Of a stretch of 64,000 bases of DNA, positions 39,801 to 52,900 are shown in pieces. The notes under the pieces were generated by a model. That model ran no database searches. It was not told the origin of the DNA and saw only the letters and a list, made by a program, of their open reading frames with translations. Numbering within the stretch: the stretch's first letter is position 1; each line of letters starts with the position of its first letter. The translations under genes were made by a program, and so were the position numbers. Source of the stretch: Enoplolaimus lenunculus (Eukaryota); assembly GCA_030248215.1 (NCBI GenBank), contig JASANG010000611.1, positions 186,001 through 250,000 on the forward strand, in the 5' to 3' direction.

Positions 39801-42800
39801 ACACAGAAAGGTAGGCCCAACACTGGGCTACAAGTTTCCTTGGGGATGATTGGATGGAAGACAAATTTAAAATTTCTCCGAGCAAAATAATTTTTTATCC
39901 ATTGAAAAGACGCCGATTCTCAAATATGTAACCTATGTATTTTGCAACACCCTACCATTCTTATTTTCGGCTGAATATATGCTCAGCGTTGTATTCAAAC
40001 TATTTCTTCATAAAAGCTCAAGACAATTTTAAATGTTTCACAGCCACATTTTTTCATTTCCACAATCGTTTTATGATTAGCAAGTTTGGATCAATAAACG
40101 TATTATAGTGGAATTATTTTAAAGCTGCACCGCATTACACATGGTAATGCCAGGTAACGCAAGTATATACAGTTTTTGATTCGCAAACTTTCTGATTTTG
40201 GACTGAAACATCCGCAAAACTAACAATTATTTACAATCGCAATTCGAAGTCGACGAAATTCATAGATAATCGAAGGATAAGATAACAGTTTGGGAAAGTA
40301 TAACCTTTGAGGAAAAACGGTAAAATTTGCACGATAACACTGGTATAAATTTTATAGTTGAGTTAACAGCGCGTATGTTTGCCAACGCAATTAAATCTCA
40401 GAAATCCTTAAAGTTGTTATCAGTAAACATGGTAAGATTGACCAAGAGTGAATGATCACTCTTTATAACAAGAGTGTGCAACTGGGTACATTCTGTGTGC
40501 AAAAGAATGTACCCGGCTCACGTTGCGTTTTTTGTAAACCCCCCTTTATTTAAGGGGCGGTCAAGTTTGGCAATTTTTCAATTTTACACGTTGAAATGTT
40601 GCAGGTGAACACAAACTCCGTTTAAATTTTAAAACTATGCGCAGTCTACGTTTCAAACATCAACTACCCCCTGTAAATGACGGGGGTCGGCCAAAAATGC
40701 AACGGCCGGTGGTACATTTTGCACCACACACAATTTTCCCAATCCATACATTTTTACCTGCGACCAGCTTTTGAACACGAAAATTGTTGGTATATGTGAA
40801 TGGTAAATGCATGTAAAAACCAAAGATTGCCACATATGTGGACATATATTAGAATATCATTCCTATGTTTAATTCTATAAATGGGTGGCATTTTTAAATT
40901 ATCAAAACGCTCGGCATTGAATGCAACAGATCTAGAGACTTTTTAACGCATCAAGTACTTACGCAAGCTGTAGTTTGCGAGAAAAAGTCAAAAAAATGTA
41001 AAGTACTTGCTTTTCACTGTTATTTCGCGCTTTGTAACGGCGTAAAATCTTTGTTAGCGTTTCACATATGCACCATTTTGAAACATTTTTACTCAAAGAA
41101 ACGTTTAAGCGCACGAAGTGTTTTGCTTCGCCAAACGCTAACTAATTTTTCTTTGTACTATTGTCACACATTTCTTGCTTTAGCCATGAAAGCGGACGTA
41201 CTAGATTATCGAACAGGCAAATCAAATTAAATAATCCGGTACAGAATACGGACCGAGTGATCCCGTAACCAGAAGAAAAGTAGAGATGCTTCTAAAAATG
41301 AAAAAAGCGACTGTCTTTCGGCGAGTTTAACTTGCAAGGTTTTATGCAAAATTATACCTGTTTTCACTTCAAATTGACTCAAAATATTGCATGTGTCTGG
41401 CATTTCCCTGACACAAAATATACAAAATTTATCCAATCTGGTATTCTTTTCCACCGGAAAATTATTGATCCACCACTGCATAATGAGCTGGTCACAGAAC
41501 TCACTTGAGTATATCTACTTGTCAAATTTCATCTAAAATTAGATTGCATCTGACGATGTTGAGAACTTTAAAGGAATTTTTTAAATGTTTTAAACAAATA
41601 CAATAGTTTTTGTGCGTTGAACATCACAGTCAGCGTTTCTATTGAAACAGCGTCACACGCTTGGTTTATTTTGAAGTATTGCGCTCTGGTTGCATTTTGC
41701 TTGCATTAATTTATTTTAACGTCTGCAATCCTGTAGCTCGCTCAGGGTCCTTGGACGGATTGAATAAATCCGAGGACAGGCATGCAAGGGTTTCAAACGC
41801 TTTGTAAACGGTGATAAAAATTTGTTCTAAGAACAACCGATAATGTTCCATGTAGAACTAAACATCACCTCTAAGCCCGAAAATTGTTGTAAAATACTAC
41901 CTTATACATTGTACAATTTGTGAAGCAACATCACATGTTTTACGACAGTTGAGAGGAAAAAAATTACTTATTTTAAGACAAAATGTCAACAACTCAGACG
42001 CCAAGTTAAATATAATTAAAAGTGGTAAATATTGAACAATAGTCATATGTTTTATGAGGCAATCGGCTGCTTTAAATCTCAATATAAGCTTTTAATTTGC
42101 TTACAAACAAGGATGTGTGACTTGATGCAATGTGCTAAAGTTGAAAAAAACATTGACGAACTTGTTTTAAAAGTAAACACGAACACTTTTACTTGTGGCC
42201 AAAAAGTTATTAAAATATTATGAGCAGGATGTGTACTCTTTAGAATAATAATCTAGCGAGAATCCAAAAACGTACCCTGACGACTTTTATTAATTCTACG
42301 CCCTCAGCACCAGTTGTAAGGGGTGTTTTTACGTTAACCTTACTGCCGACGGTCGCCTATAATGCTAGCAACGAGACTTTTTGTTTCATTTCACAACTCT
42401 GTTTCGTTTTAAAACAATCGATTTTTAAAGTCTTAAGGCCCCTTTTGCGATCGAAATTTGCGGCAAAGTTCGGCAACTAAAAATTCGCTTGACGAAGACT
42501 GCGAGGTTGACTCGAATGATGCTAAATTTTTCCATACTGACCGTATGGTTACAAGTTGTGGTGAAATATTAATTGATTTCCGAATTGGGCTAGTACAAAC
42601 CAGAATTATGACTTGGACTAGCCCAAGGCGGAATTATGACTAATAAAGCTGAGCGCTTTCTGATTGGATTCTTGATAGTTGTAATCCAGCTTGATTCCAC
42701 TTAATAGCTTAGGAAAACAAACTGTTTGGTAGCCACAGGTAGCGATTACTTAGCCAATCAGAAAAAAGTATTTGCATCAGCTAATTGTATTTGAGTACGG

Positions 42801-45800
42801 CATTAAGACAGTAACCAATCAAAAGCCGTGCACCTGAAGCAGGATAAGATTACGTAGTCATCAAGCCCAAGTCGTAATTCCGCCCTGGACTAGCCCAAAT
42901 CCCAGTTCGGAATTGGGCTGAATTACGGCTTGAGCTGCGACATACATATTACACGAAACTTGTTTCCAGGTATGAAAGAACAGAACATGTGTGAGTGCAA
43001 TGTCAGTTGGCTAACCTAAAAACATATAGAAGTGTCGCTGACATCCCTAAAATTCTGTCACATATACTAAAGTTTCGTGATGAAATTTAAAATATTTAAT
43101 GAAACAACTCGTAAATTTTATAACTACTCCACATATCTTTTGACTCCCAAGTTACCTGTGAAAGATCGCATCTCTTGCTACATTTGATGTCCACTCTGTT
43201 CTATCTGCTACACATCCGTTTGAAGCTGTAAAAATTGTTCCTCGCGTCCTTTATAGTTTCCAGCATCTGCTCAAAATTATGTAAAGCAGTGATAATATGT
43301 ATGCGAACATTAACGAAAAACAACAAAACCCACACAAAAATACCAACAAATGATTTAAAACAAACTATCAAAATACAATGATTAACGAATCGAAAATTTC
43401 ACATTTTAATTGCCTTCAGAAAAAAACTAATTTTACGTTCAAATATATAACGTGAACACGCTAATTTAACCATTTACAGTGTAAATACAGTTTATTCAAC
43501 TTGACACTTAGACAATTTACCCGTTTAGTCTTTTATAGAGCAAATATATACATCGCTGGAAGGTAAATATTTTTGATGCAAACACGCATCGGAACACAAC
43601 ATTTTTTCTGAAAGCCACTTTCTAGCAGCAAAAAAGTCAATCAACTTTTCGTGAAGATTCAAAAAGGTTAATATAACTTTGCGGTTTTACATTAAACATA
43701 ACACGTTTAAAAACGAATTAACTGTCGCTGAAGCTTTTCATTGTGAAACAAGTAAAACTTAAAATTACTAAATTGAAAAAGATGCTGTAATGATGGATTT
43801 TTGTGTGTTTTATCCTCATATCACAGCAGTGCCAATCACGGAAGCGAAAATAGCATTTGTTTCTAGAAACGGGCTAAAATTGTTTAAAATACCGAACTGA
43901 AATGCTAATGTCTTGCTAATTTTTAAGCTTGCTATTTTGTATTGCTTCTGTAATGAAACCGCTTCTAATCAATGCGACACTGATCTCACTTTAGGAACGT
44001 GGCAAAAATATTTTCGAATCAACTTATATGAATGTTTATAAGCATAATCGTTGGTCTTTGACAACCACAAATCGTACTCCTACTTAAATAGCATATGCTT
44101 TTTTCTATGCCTGATTCTTATTTCTGAAATTTTACGGTTGACCTTGATCCTTATCCGGTTTGTCAGGCGGCTAATAACAATGCTTACCAAACGATACCGA
44201 AGTAAACGTTTTTCAAAAAAAATACAAATTAGACTAAAGCGAATACCGCGACAATTAAAAAACGCAAAACAACTACAGCAGTTGCATACGACAAGCACGC
44301 CGAACTGTAATGTTTTTGCATTTTAAAATAATTCTGACTTATATACTGCATTTTATTACAGTACTAATTGCAAACAATCATACATGTCAATGGCGTACCA
44401 ACGAATTACAACTGGAGGGCGCCGGCACCAAAAATCCTTCAAAATATCCGGCGGTGCGACAAACTTGAAAGTCTATATCAATGGATTAACGAGGCTGTGT
44501 TCTAATCGTAACAGAAACGAATTCCAATTTAGGGGGCGTGTCCTTATGGCTTCGCACTCAATACTGCCCTGAAACAAATTGCACTATGCTCAGTGGTATT
44601 TTGTAGTCGTGCAACATAAAACTGCACAAACGTATTTTAAAGTCGCGTGTGTTGTGTACATATATTTCAAACTGAACAATGAAAAATTAAGTTGTTTTAA
44701 AGTTGAAAAAATCTATTATTGAAATATTTCGAACAGCATCAACAACAATACTAAAATTCTGTAACTAACGTATTTGGAAACAAAAAAAAAACTGGATATA
44801 CATTGAGATTGAACGATAAGTTGAGCTTAAGTAAAGTTGAAATTTCAATTGTTGAACAGTCTAGACTTATAACAGTTTAAGTTGTTGTAATATAAAACGA
44901 TGCCACACAGGCTTGAATCATCCAAGCAGAAGAATGTATATATAATTGTACAACTTTTTGAGAAAATGACTTCCAGCTGTATAATGTGGACCTCACAAAG
45001 CATTTCAGTACAATTCAACTTTGATTGTATAATGGTTATGTGAGGTATTGAGAAGCTAAAATATGCAAAATTTTCAAAATTGCACCATTTAGGGCAAGTA
45101 CGGGTTGGTCAAATTATAGCCGAAAACACCCCGTGCTTTAGAATGATCACTGTTTTCTGTTTTGTTGTTGAAATAGGTTGTAGATATTTTGACTAATTCT
45201 GCCACTGTTTATTAATGAGCAGTGAAATTGGTATTGTAAAGATTAAGATTTCGTACAAACTGCGGTTTTTACTACACTGAAGGTTGATGAAAAAAACATG
45301 ATTCATGCCGAGGATTCCCATGTATTATTGTTTCAACCAGACACAGTCGAATTAATACTTGTTGAGTAAAATCCAGTTTTAGGATTGGCCGGAAACTTAT
45401 TCGAAATCTCCACGTTTGAATTTATTCAAAATACTTGAAAACAGAACACAGAGCTTTGTGTATTTTGTTTATTTTCGACGAATTTCAAGTAGCATTGTAC
45501 CTAGTAACGTCTGCTTTTTACATCACAAGTTGTCGAAGTTTGTTGCCGGACACATCGCAAAATTGAACGTTTTATGTCGTGCAGCAATCAAATATGCATT
45601 TTGACATAAACTTGTAACCATTACACTATAAATTCCAATGAGTTGATTAATCAATTCAGCTAGCGAGTTGGTTATTACTGAATTAATATCAGTAAATATT
45701 AACTCACTCTGGGTTGAGTTGATTGTCACTCTGAGTTGAGTTGACGCTGGGTGAGTTGATTAATTATGACTCAAAATGAATTGAACCAACTCAAATTTCT

Positions 45801-46607
45801 GAGTTCTGAAAGTCCTAACTCAGACTGAGTGATTCAACTCATTCTGAGTTAAAATCAACTCACTGAAATTTACAGTGTAGGGCGGCGCTACTTCTCGTGC
45901 GGCTCCGTCCGTCACCGTCTGGCGCCGTCAGGCCCGGTCCGTTCGCCGACCGTCATCATACGGTATCGTACGTGAGTAAATTCACTTAGCATACTGCACG
46001 GTGACGGACGTCATCATAAGTATAGCGCCACCCTTGGACCACTTTTTGGCTACAGAGCTTCTGTAACTTTTTAAACTTTGGAATTCATTTTTAGGCATTA
46101 TTAGTTAAATATAAACAGGTCAACAAAATGCTAAAGCGATCTCTAATAATACAACTATCGAAATTCACACGTAGGTACAAAGCTTTGAGTTGCTCGCGCT
46201 CAAGCGTCAAGCTACCGAAAGGTAATGGTAAATGCCACAGCTTGCATTTGGATTTCAGAAGAAATAGAAAATATTCATGTTAAAGAAGGGTTAACGGAAA
46301 CGTTTGAATCACCGTATTTTAGCAATGTTGCTCAATTTGATTAACTTAATACATTATACGTGAGCAGAAAAACTGATCCGTTAGCTACGAAAAAATAGCT
46401 TTTATTTCAAATATAATTCGCAATATTGGTTGTTAATATGTATAATCAATATAGCATGTAGGCTTTGTCAATCATATATATCATCTGTGGTCGTATTCAT
46501 TTCCTCAACGCCATATGTATCGAGGCCTGTAGCCAGGAGCTAGGGAGCAAGCTGGGTCTTTACGCCCCAAAAAAATTTTTCCCCCGTAGAAATGTATTAG
46601 CGACGTT

Positions 46608-46760
46608 CAGTGGCGGATCCAGGCTGTCAAAATGGGGGGGGGCAAAATTTCACAGGTAATAAGCTTACTTTTGACCCGCACACAAACCACGAAGTATTGT
46701 CATAAAATTGCTATATAATTTTTGTCGAAATGCTGTTGGGGGGCCACGGCCGGGGTGGGC
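46608..46760. mobile_element. Short hAT-like MITE with CAGTGGCGGATCC termini
   Basis: cagtggcggatccagg ... atggatccgccattg. Related ends at ~15011, ~35320, ~35410 and ~35645. Confidence 0.55.
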
Positions 46761-46939
46761 CCCCCATGGATCCGCCATTGGCCACGTTTGTACTGTAATA
46801 CCTGCACGCCCATCTTGAAAATTTTTGACGCCCCTTTCTTAGCCTGTTTGAGCAGGCTACCGGATTGTATACTCTATTTCTTTATCATCTCTCGAACGTG
46901 TTAATCCACAAAATGATTTCAGTTTCAGCCTCAACGGTT

Positions 46940-49900
46940 TTAACTACGACTACAATCGGTGCTGCTGCTACTTCTGCTGCTGTTGTCGTTGCCAACACTG
47001 CTATTGCCACTTTCAGAACTATCCAGACCTTTGAATTTGCTCCAGCTCAAAGCATTTGATTTATTGTTCCTATAAAATTACCGCATCAAATGGTTTTCAG
47101 TACTGTACTAAACATTGATCATGATGATGCTATAGATGATACGAATTACATATGCGATGCCAAAGCTGCCGTTTATTCGTATTTTTGTTTTGAGACATCT
47201 AGTTTACACAGGACCCTGGGTTTTCAATAGTTGACCGAAAACGGTTAGGATGTCCCTATCTGAGTTTAAAAATGGTTTTACTTCTTACTCACCAGAATAC
47301 TGCAATGTCGTTCACATGATTTTGTTATCTACAGGTTTAACTTGCAAGCAAAAATGTTGTTAGTTTATTCGACAAACGTCTACTTCAAAGGATCGTTAAA
47401 GTACCATTACTTCGGTCATTAAACATCAAAGTTAGCAATTAAGAAATGAATCTTTGCAATAAATTGGTATTGTTTTTGCATACATCACAGCTTAACGTTT
47501 GTTTTCATATCTACACACAGTAAATTATGAAAGCTTCAGACATTTCGTTGCGGAACTATTAAGTTGCAGCTGACTTAATCGCTAGATCTTCGCATTGCAG
47601 ACCATTTCGTTGAATGTCTGTCATTGAGATCAAGACAGTCTATTTTCGTTTTTACAGACCAAAGAAACTTCGTACATGACTGTCTGCTTAAATAATTTAA
47701 CTAATAACCTTATAAACAGCTCACTTTTTGGCCGAGTCACTGGAAGTACTGCGGTCGCTGCGACTGGAGCTATACGATGATGAACTGGCTCGCTGAGACC
47801 TATCATTAATTTGATTATTTCTGCTTTTTGTTCGACTGCGTAACTCGTGCGATAAAGGCAACCCTTCTAAAAATGGGTTGATCCGACGTTTTGCCGGGGC
47901 AGGGGTTGATTGCTTGTTGCTTTTGATTCTTGCATCCATAGCTTCTACGTAGGGCGTTGTGATTCGGTACGCTGAATAATCAACACTTCTTGACCGGCTT
48001 CGGCTGTTTGTGCTCGCTTTTCTACAAATAGTGAACGTCAAAATATTCAAACATTCAAAATATTTTGAACCTTTAGGAATAGAAAAAGTCGCAGATTTTA
48101 ACTTTTACGGCATAAAAGTGCTCGAGTCTGGAATCTTATAATCCGACAAGGAATAGCAGTCCAGAACCATTTGTTTATACCAGGTCAATTAATAGCCATA
48201 TTTTAGACATTTATTTAACTTAAGTATGCTTTTTGAAAAAATTCGTTAGGTAATTGCACAGCAATTGCTAAAGTATAGTTATGTTAAAGTATGATCTCAG
48301 CAACAGTGGTGCAATATTTGTCATGCAGCGACGGTTCTAAAAAAATTGGTTGGTATGAGGCCGCCATGCGGCAATTCACGTGGGTTCCTGTTCGGTGCCG
48401 GGCGATGCTGGACGCCGACGGAAGGCACAAAAATAATCAAATAGTATAGCGCCACGTTCACACAGCCAAAAATTTTAAAAATATATTACTGCTGCTTGTA
48501 TAAAACGAATTCATTGTTCACTAAACCTTGTTGTTGATCTTGTAAATGAACGATCCTTGCCGTTGGTACGCGCTCGGCCATAATGGTATCGGTTCTTGTC
48601 TGATGAGCTGGTTGATTCAGAATCACTTGAGGACGAATAACACCTATCTCTGGTTGATGGATTTGCGTTTGACACTCGCCGTGTTGCTTTGCGTCGTTTT
48701 CCACTCGATGCTCGTTGTCGATTGTACAGCTTACGCTTGAGTTCTCTGCTAATTGGTCGTAGATGCATGAAGTTGCAGAATCCGCCACGCGAACACTCTC
48801 TAGAATAAAATGAATATTCGCTGAATAATTCTGACGATAGTATGGTAAGCTTAAGAATCAAATTTTACTTAATTGAAAGTTTGTTACATTTGAATTAAAA
48901 CTTTTTGGGTTTTTATCTATTCAGTGTACTATGCGCCATATTAGTTAAGCCGTCCTTTAAATTTCATTTTTTTTGAGTTCACGAATAATGCATGTATTAA
49001 TTATAGTACCTACTGCATCAAGAGCCATTGTAGCGAAAAGTTTGCATGGTTGCGTAGCTCACTAATTAAAGCAGCAGAACGGCAATTCGCAGATCCCGAG
49101 TTTGTACAATCCGCTGCCAACGCTGAAATTTGATTAAGGATTCTATATTGTATTGCTGTAAATTAGTATTACAACAATGTGTTTGTGAAAAATACGCTTT
49201 TAAAATTTGAAGTCTATTGATACCGTATACTTACCCGGTTTCGTACTGGCGGCAACAGGCTTCTCGAAAATCGGTCACAGGGGATAGGGAACAGTAAATC
49301 GGCCGACCATCAAACCAACGGTTGTTTAAGTCTTCCATCGCGTCTTCTGCGTTTTTGGGATAGCGAAACTCAAATACAAACCAAATATAAAAATTTGGCA
49401 AATAATTTTAATGACCAGATTGACATGCTGGTCAAGAGAGCAAAAAAGGTATTATTCTTTTAATAGGTACGACTTGATGCATAGCCCGTCTACTAGTTAT
49501 TGCCATTTTAGGCTTTTGCACACCACCTACTGGCTTAGACATTGGATCAGAATTTGGCTTAGGTTTTGAAAAAGCCTTTACACTCAAAGCTTAGCGTGAA
49601 CTTAATAAGCCTAAGTCTTAACCTTAAATTCAAACTTATCAATTGACAGCGAATGGTATATTTCAATTTAGAATTTAAGATAAATTATTGTTTCCGCCAA
49701 CAAAATTACTTTAAACTATTGGGAAAACTACAGTATTCTGCATCAACCCTGTCTCACATGATGATATTCCATTACATCTCAGACCTATGCTAGGATTCGA
49801 ACCTCACAGCCTGTAGTGAAAGGCGTTTACAATCACCACTCAGCTATAAAAGCTTGACATTCGAACTCCAGAGGTCTTCGCGTCTTGTGCAGATGCTATA

Positions 49901-52900
49901 CTACGGACACACATTGTAATATACTTGTGCACTATATATTATTTAATGTATACACATTGCTTTGAGTCGCTCATAGTCAACTCTATATTAAGGGGTTAAT
50001 ATTTGGCGGAACCAGAAGCTCAAAATAGGCACTAATAAGCGGTGCATTTTTAAACGACAAGATATATCAAAATACCTTGATATAAGTATTTCCAATCAAA
50101 TGCTCACTAATGTTGTCACATACATTGATTTCTTCAACTTCGCCGTACTGCAACATTACATGAAACCATGTCAACAAAAATGTAAACTTTAAAAGACTGA
50201 CAAACCCCTTGTGAGAAGTTCGTGATTTTGACTTAAGCCTGTATCCTGTATCGCCTGTATAGTTCTTTCCTCGATGTATGCGTATCGCTCTGATTTAGTA
50301 AAACGCGGCCGGTAAATGTTTATTATAAATCCCAACCCGCAACCCGTATGACACAAAATACCCAAAATTAAGGCCAGCAAATCACAGGTTATGCAATTTA
50401 ACTGGTAACCCGAGCCGGAATCCTTAAAGCCGACGTCTGAATCTGATTTAATCCAGCCACTGGCTTTACCGTACCCAATACTTTTGCCGTTTTCCAGAAT
50501 CCGTGCAATTCTAACCCCGTTAGAATTACACCCCGTTAAACCGTGTACTCTAACCCCGTTAGAGTTACACCAAATTTCCGACCAATCTAACCCCGTTAGA
50601 TTTGGCCCAGCCGTTGTAGAATAATAAATCTAACCCCGTTAGATTTATTAGACTACTTTTTCCCAGGTTTCCTTTAATACACCAAGTTTCCTTTAACACA
50701 TGCCACCAGTATTCTATACTGGGTAATACCGCGCCTTGCGCACCGCCAATTAACACCGTGATGCCGTAATTCCTTCACATCCTATGCCACCGTTACAATT
50801 CCTAATTTAAATCAATTTGACCTTACTTATTAAAACTTCCGCTTTCAACGCCCAAACCGTAATTCAAGAAGAACAATGTACAAAACCGCTCACCGCCAAC
50901 CAAATAAAAATAACAACCGACTTGTAGGAAAGCAAAACCAAGACTGATTCCGGTCCTGGCTACCCAAATCGGCATCTCGACCTCATTTGCATTTTTGCCG
51001 ACACCCACAATTGGGTGTCCGCAATGCGGTTGAGGTCCAGAGCCACACATCCGGTACTAACAACAACAACAACAACACGCCGGAGACACTCATAATAAAG
51101 CACCATATTGGTGCTGACATAGCCTAGCTATGTCGTTATCCGCAGATTAGGCCAACTAAATATGCGATACTAATCAATACCGTCATACGGCCACGCAGGG
51201 CCCCAGGTAAGTTTACATTGCGGACACAGCCGCCATAGCATAGTTTTTACAAATTTTTACGCCTTGTAGCAACGCCTAAGCCTAACTTAAGTTCTAAGAG
51301 AGACTAGGTGGAGCCAGGAACTCCCTTAAGGTGTGGTTTTGATATAGGGTTTTATTTTTAGTTTTAGTTTTTAGTTTGAAATAGGTTTAAGTGTGGCATA
51401 GCCACCTACATCCCCCCTTCGGCACAGATGCCGACCCTGGCATCGAACAAAATTTTATGGCCCTATTTACTGCCTTTTTTGCCGTCGCTAAAAAGCGTAA
51501 ATCCACACAACAATTAATAACAATAACAAACAACAATTTTTATTTTCATTTTCTTTCTTTTATTTATTTTTATTTGCTTTTACAATCCTAGCACCCCGTA
51601 GCATCACCCCCGAAACATCACCGAACTAATACCCACCATAAAAGTCTATTACCGATCCGTTAAAAGTGTTTTCGACGCAGTTCACGAGGGACGTCCGCAT
51701 AATAGGCGTCCAATTCCTCCTGCGTCACCCACTGATTATCGCGCGCCACTGATCGCGACGCCCGTTGTTGCTGCTGCTGTCGTTCCACTTGACGACTTTC
51801 TCGCATCGCCTGCCGTACGTTCTCCACTTGCTGATTGTAATAACCACGTGCCGGCGCCACTTGCGGTTGTCCCACGTGACCGCCAACTCGTACAGGGTAC
51901 CGCTCGCCCGACACTTGCCGGACTGGTGGCCGTACCCCTGACGACCCAGCTGGTGGACTAATAACCACCCTCTGCGTTACTGCCCCGGATCCTCGATACC
52001 CAGGCGCTGTCTGTGATCGCACAACCGATGCACTGTACACCGGATTCGCCTGCCTCGGTCCGATTCTACTTACCACCGACCCTGCAGCCGGTCGTACATA
52101 ACCGCCCGTTGGTCTCTTCGGACTAACGCGCGCCCTCTGGGCCATTGCCCTTTTCCTCGCGTCCTTATCAAACCTCCATTTCAACTTTCCATCCGGCCCT
52201 CGCACCGCGATATATCCCGGTGCCGGTGGCTGACCCAGACTCGTGCTCGGTTTTTCCTCTGACTCCGACTGCGACCTCACCTGTCCTGGCGTTAGAGACC
52301 TCTGTCTCTTCAACGCTCCCTTTTGACTCGCAGACGTCCTGTCGTCGGACGGCTCCGGTGACTCTTCCCATCTATCTCCAGCAACTCTCTTTTTCAGCCT
52401 GTCGTTTTCCTCAGCCAACTCTTGCACCTGGTTCTCCAGCTGCCTCTTTTCCCCAACGAGCGTCATAACCTCTTCCAATGCCTTATTCAACTTTTCCATC
52501 ATCACCTGACGCTCGGCTTCCTTCTCCTTTACCTTTTCCTCAGTCCGCCTCACCAGCTGTTCCGCACCGGACACATGCTCGTGAGCCCTCTGCCGCTGGT
52601 CTCCAGCCGCTCCTTCCGGCAACGGCGGGGGAGGAGGAGTTACGCACGGCTGCGCTAGGAAGGGTGAACCTTCCACGACCGATGAAGTATCCGTCGGCAT
52701 CCGTGGGTACTTCCCCTCCTGATACGCCTCCGGGTCTAACACCCTCCATTCCTTTTTAGTCGTCGTAACCGAAACGCTGTCCACTGCGCTTCCGCTACCT
52801 ACCAACTGCTTTCCTTTTCCTACTCCTTTTCCTTTTCCGGTTGCCTCTGGTGTGCACAACTGGTCCACACCCGGCTTAGCCGATGGGGTCTCCATCCGCT

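Noticed and set aside
37000..46900. Additional protein-coding gene in the 10-kb interval between SLC22 and U2AF
   Set aside because: Only short ORFs and repeat fragments (e.g. ~37145-37412, ~42580-42920) were seen, with no consistent exon chain. Small exons could have been missed.
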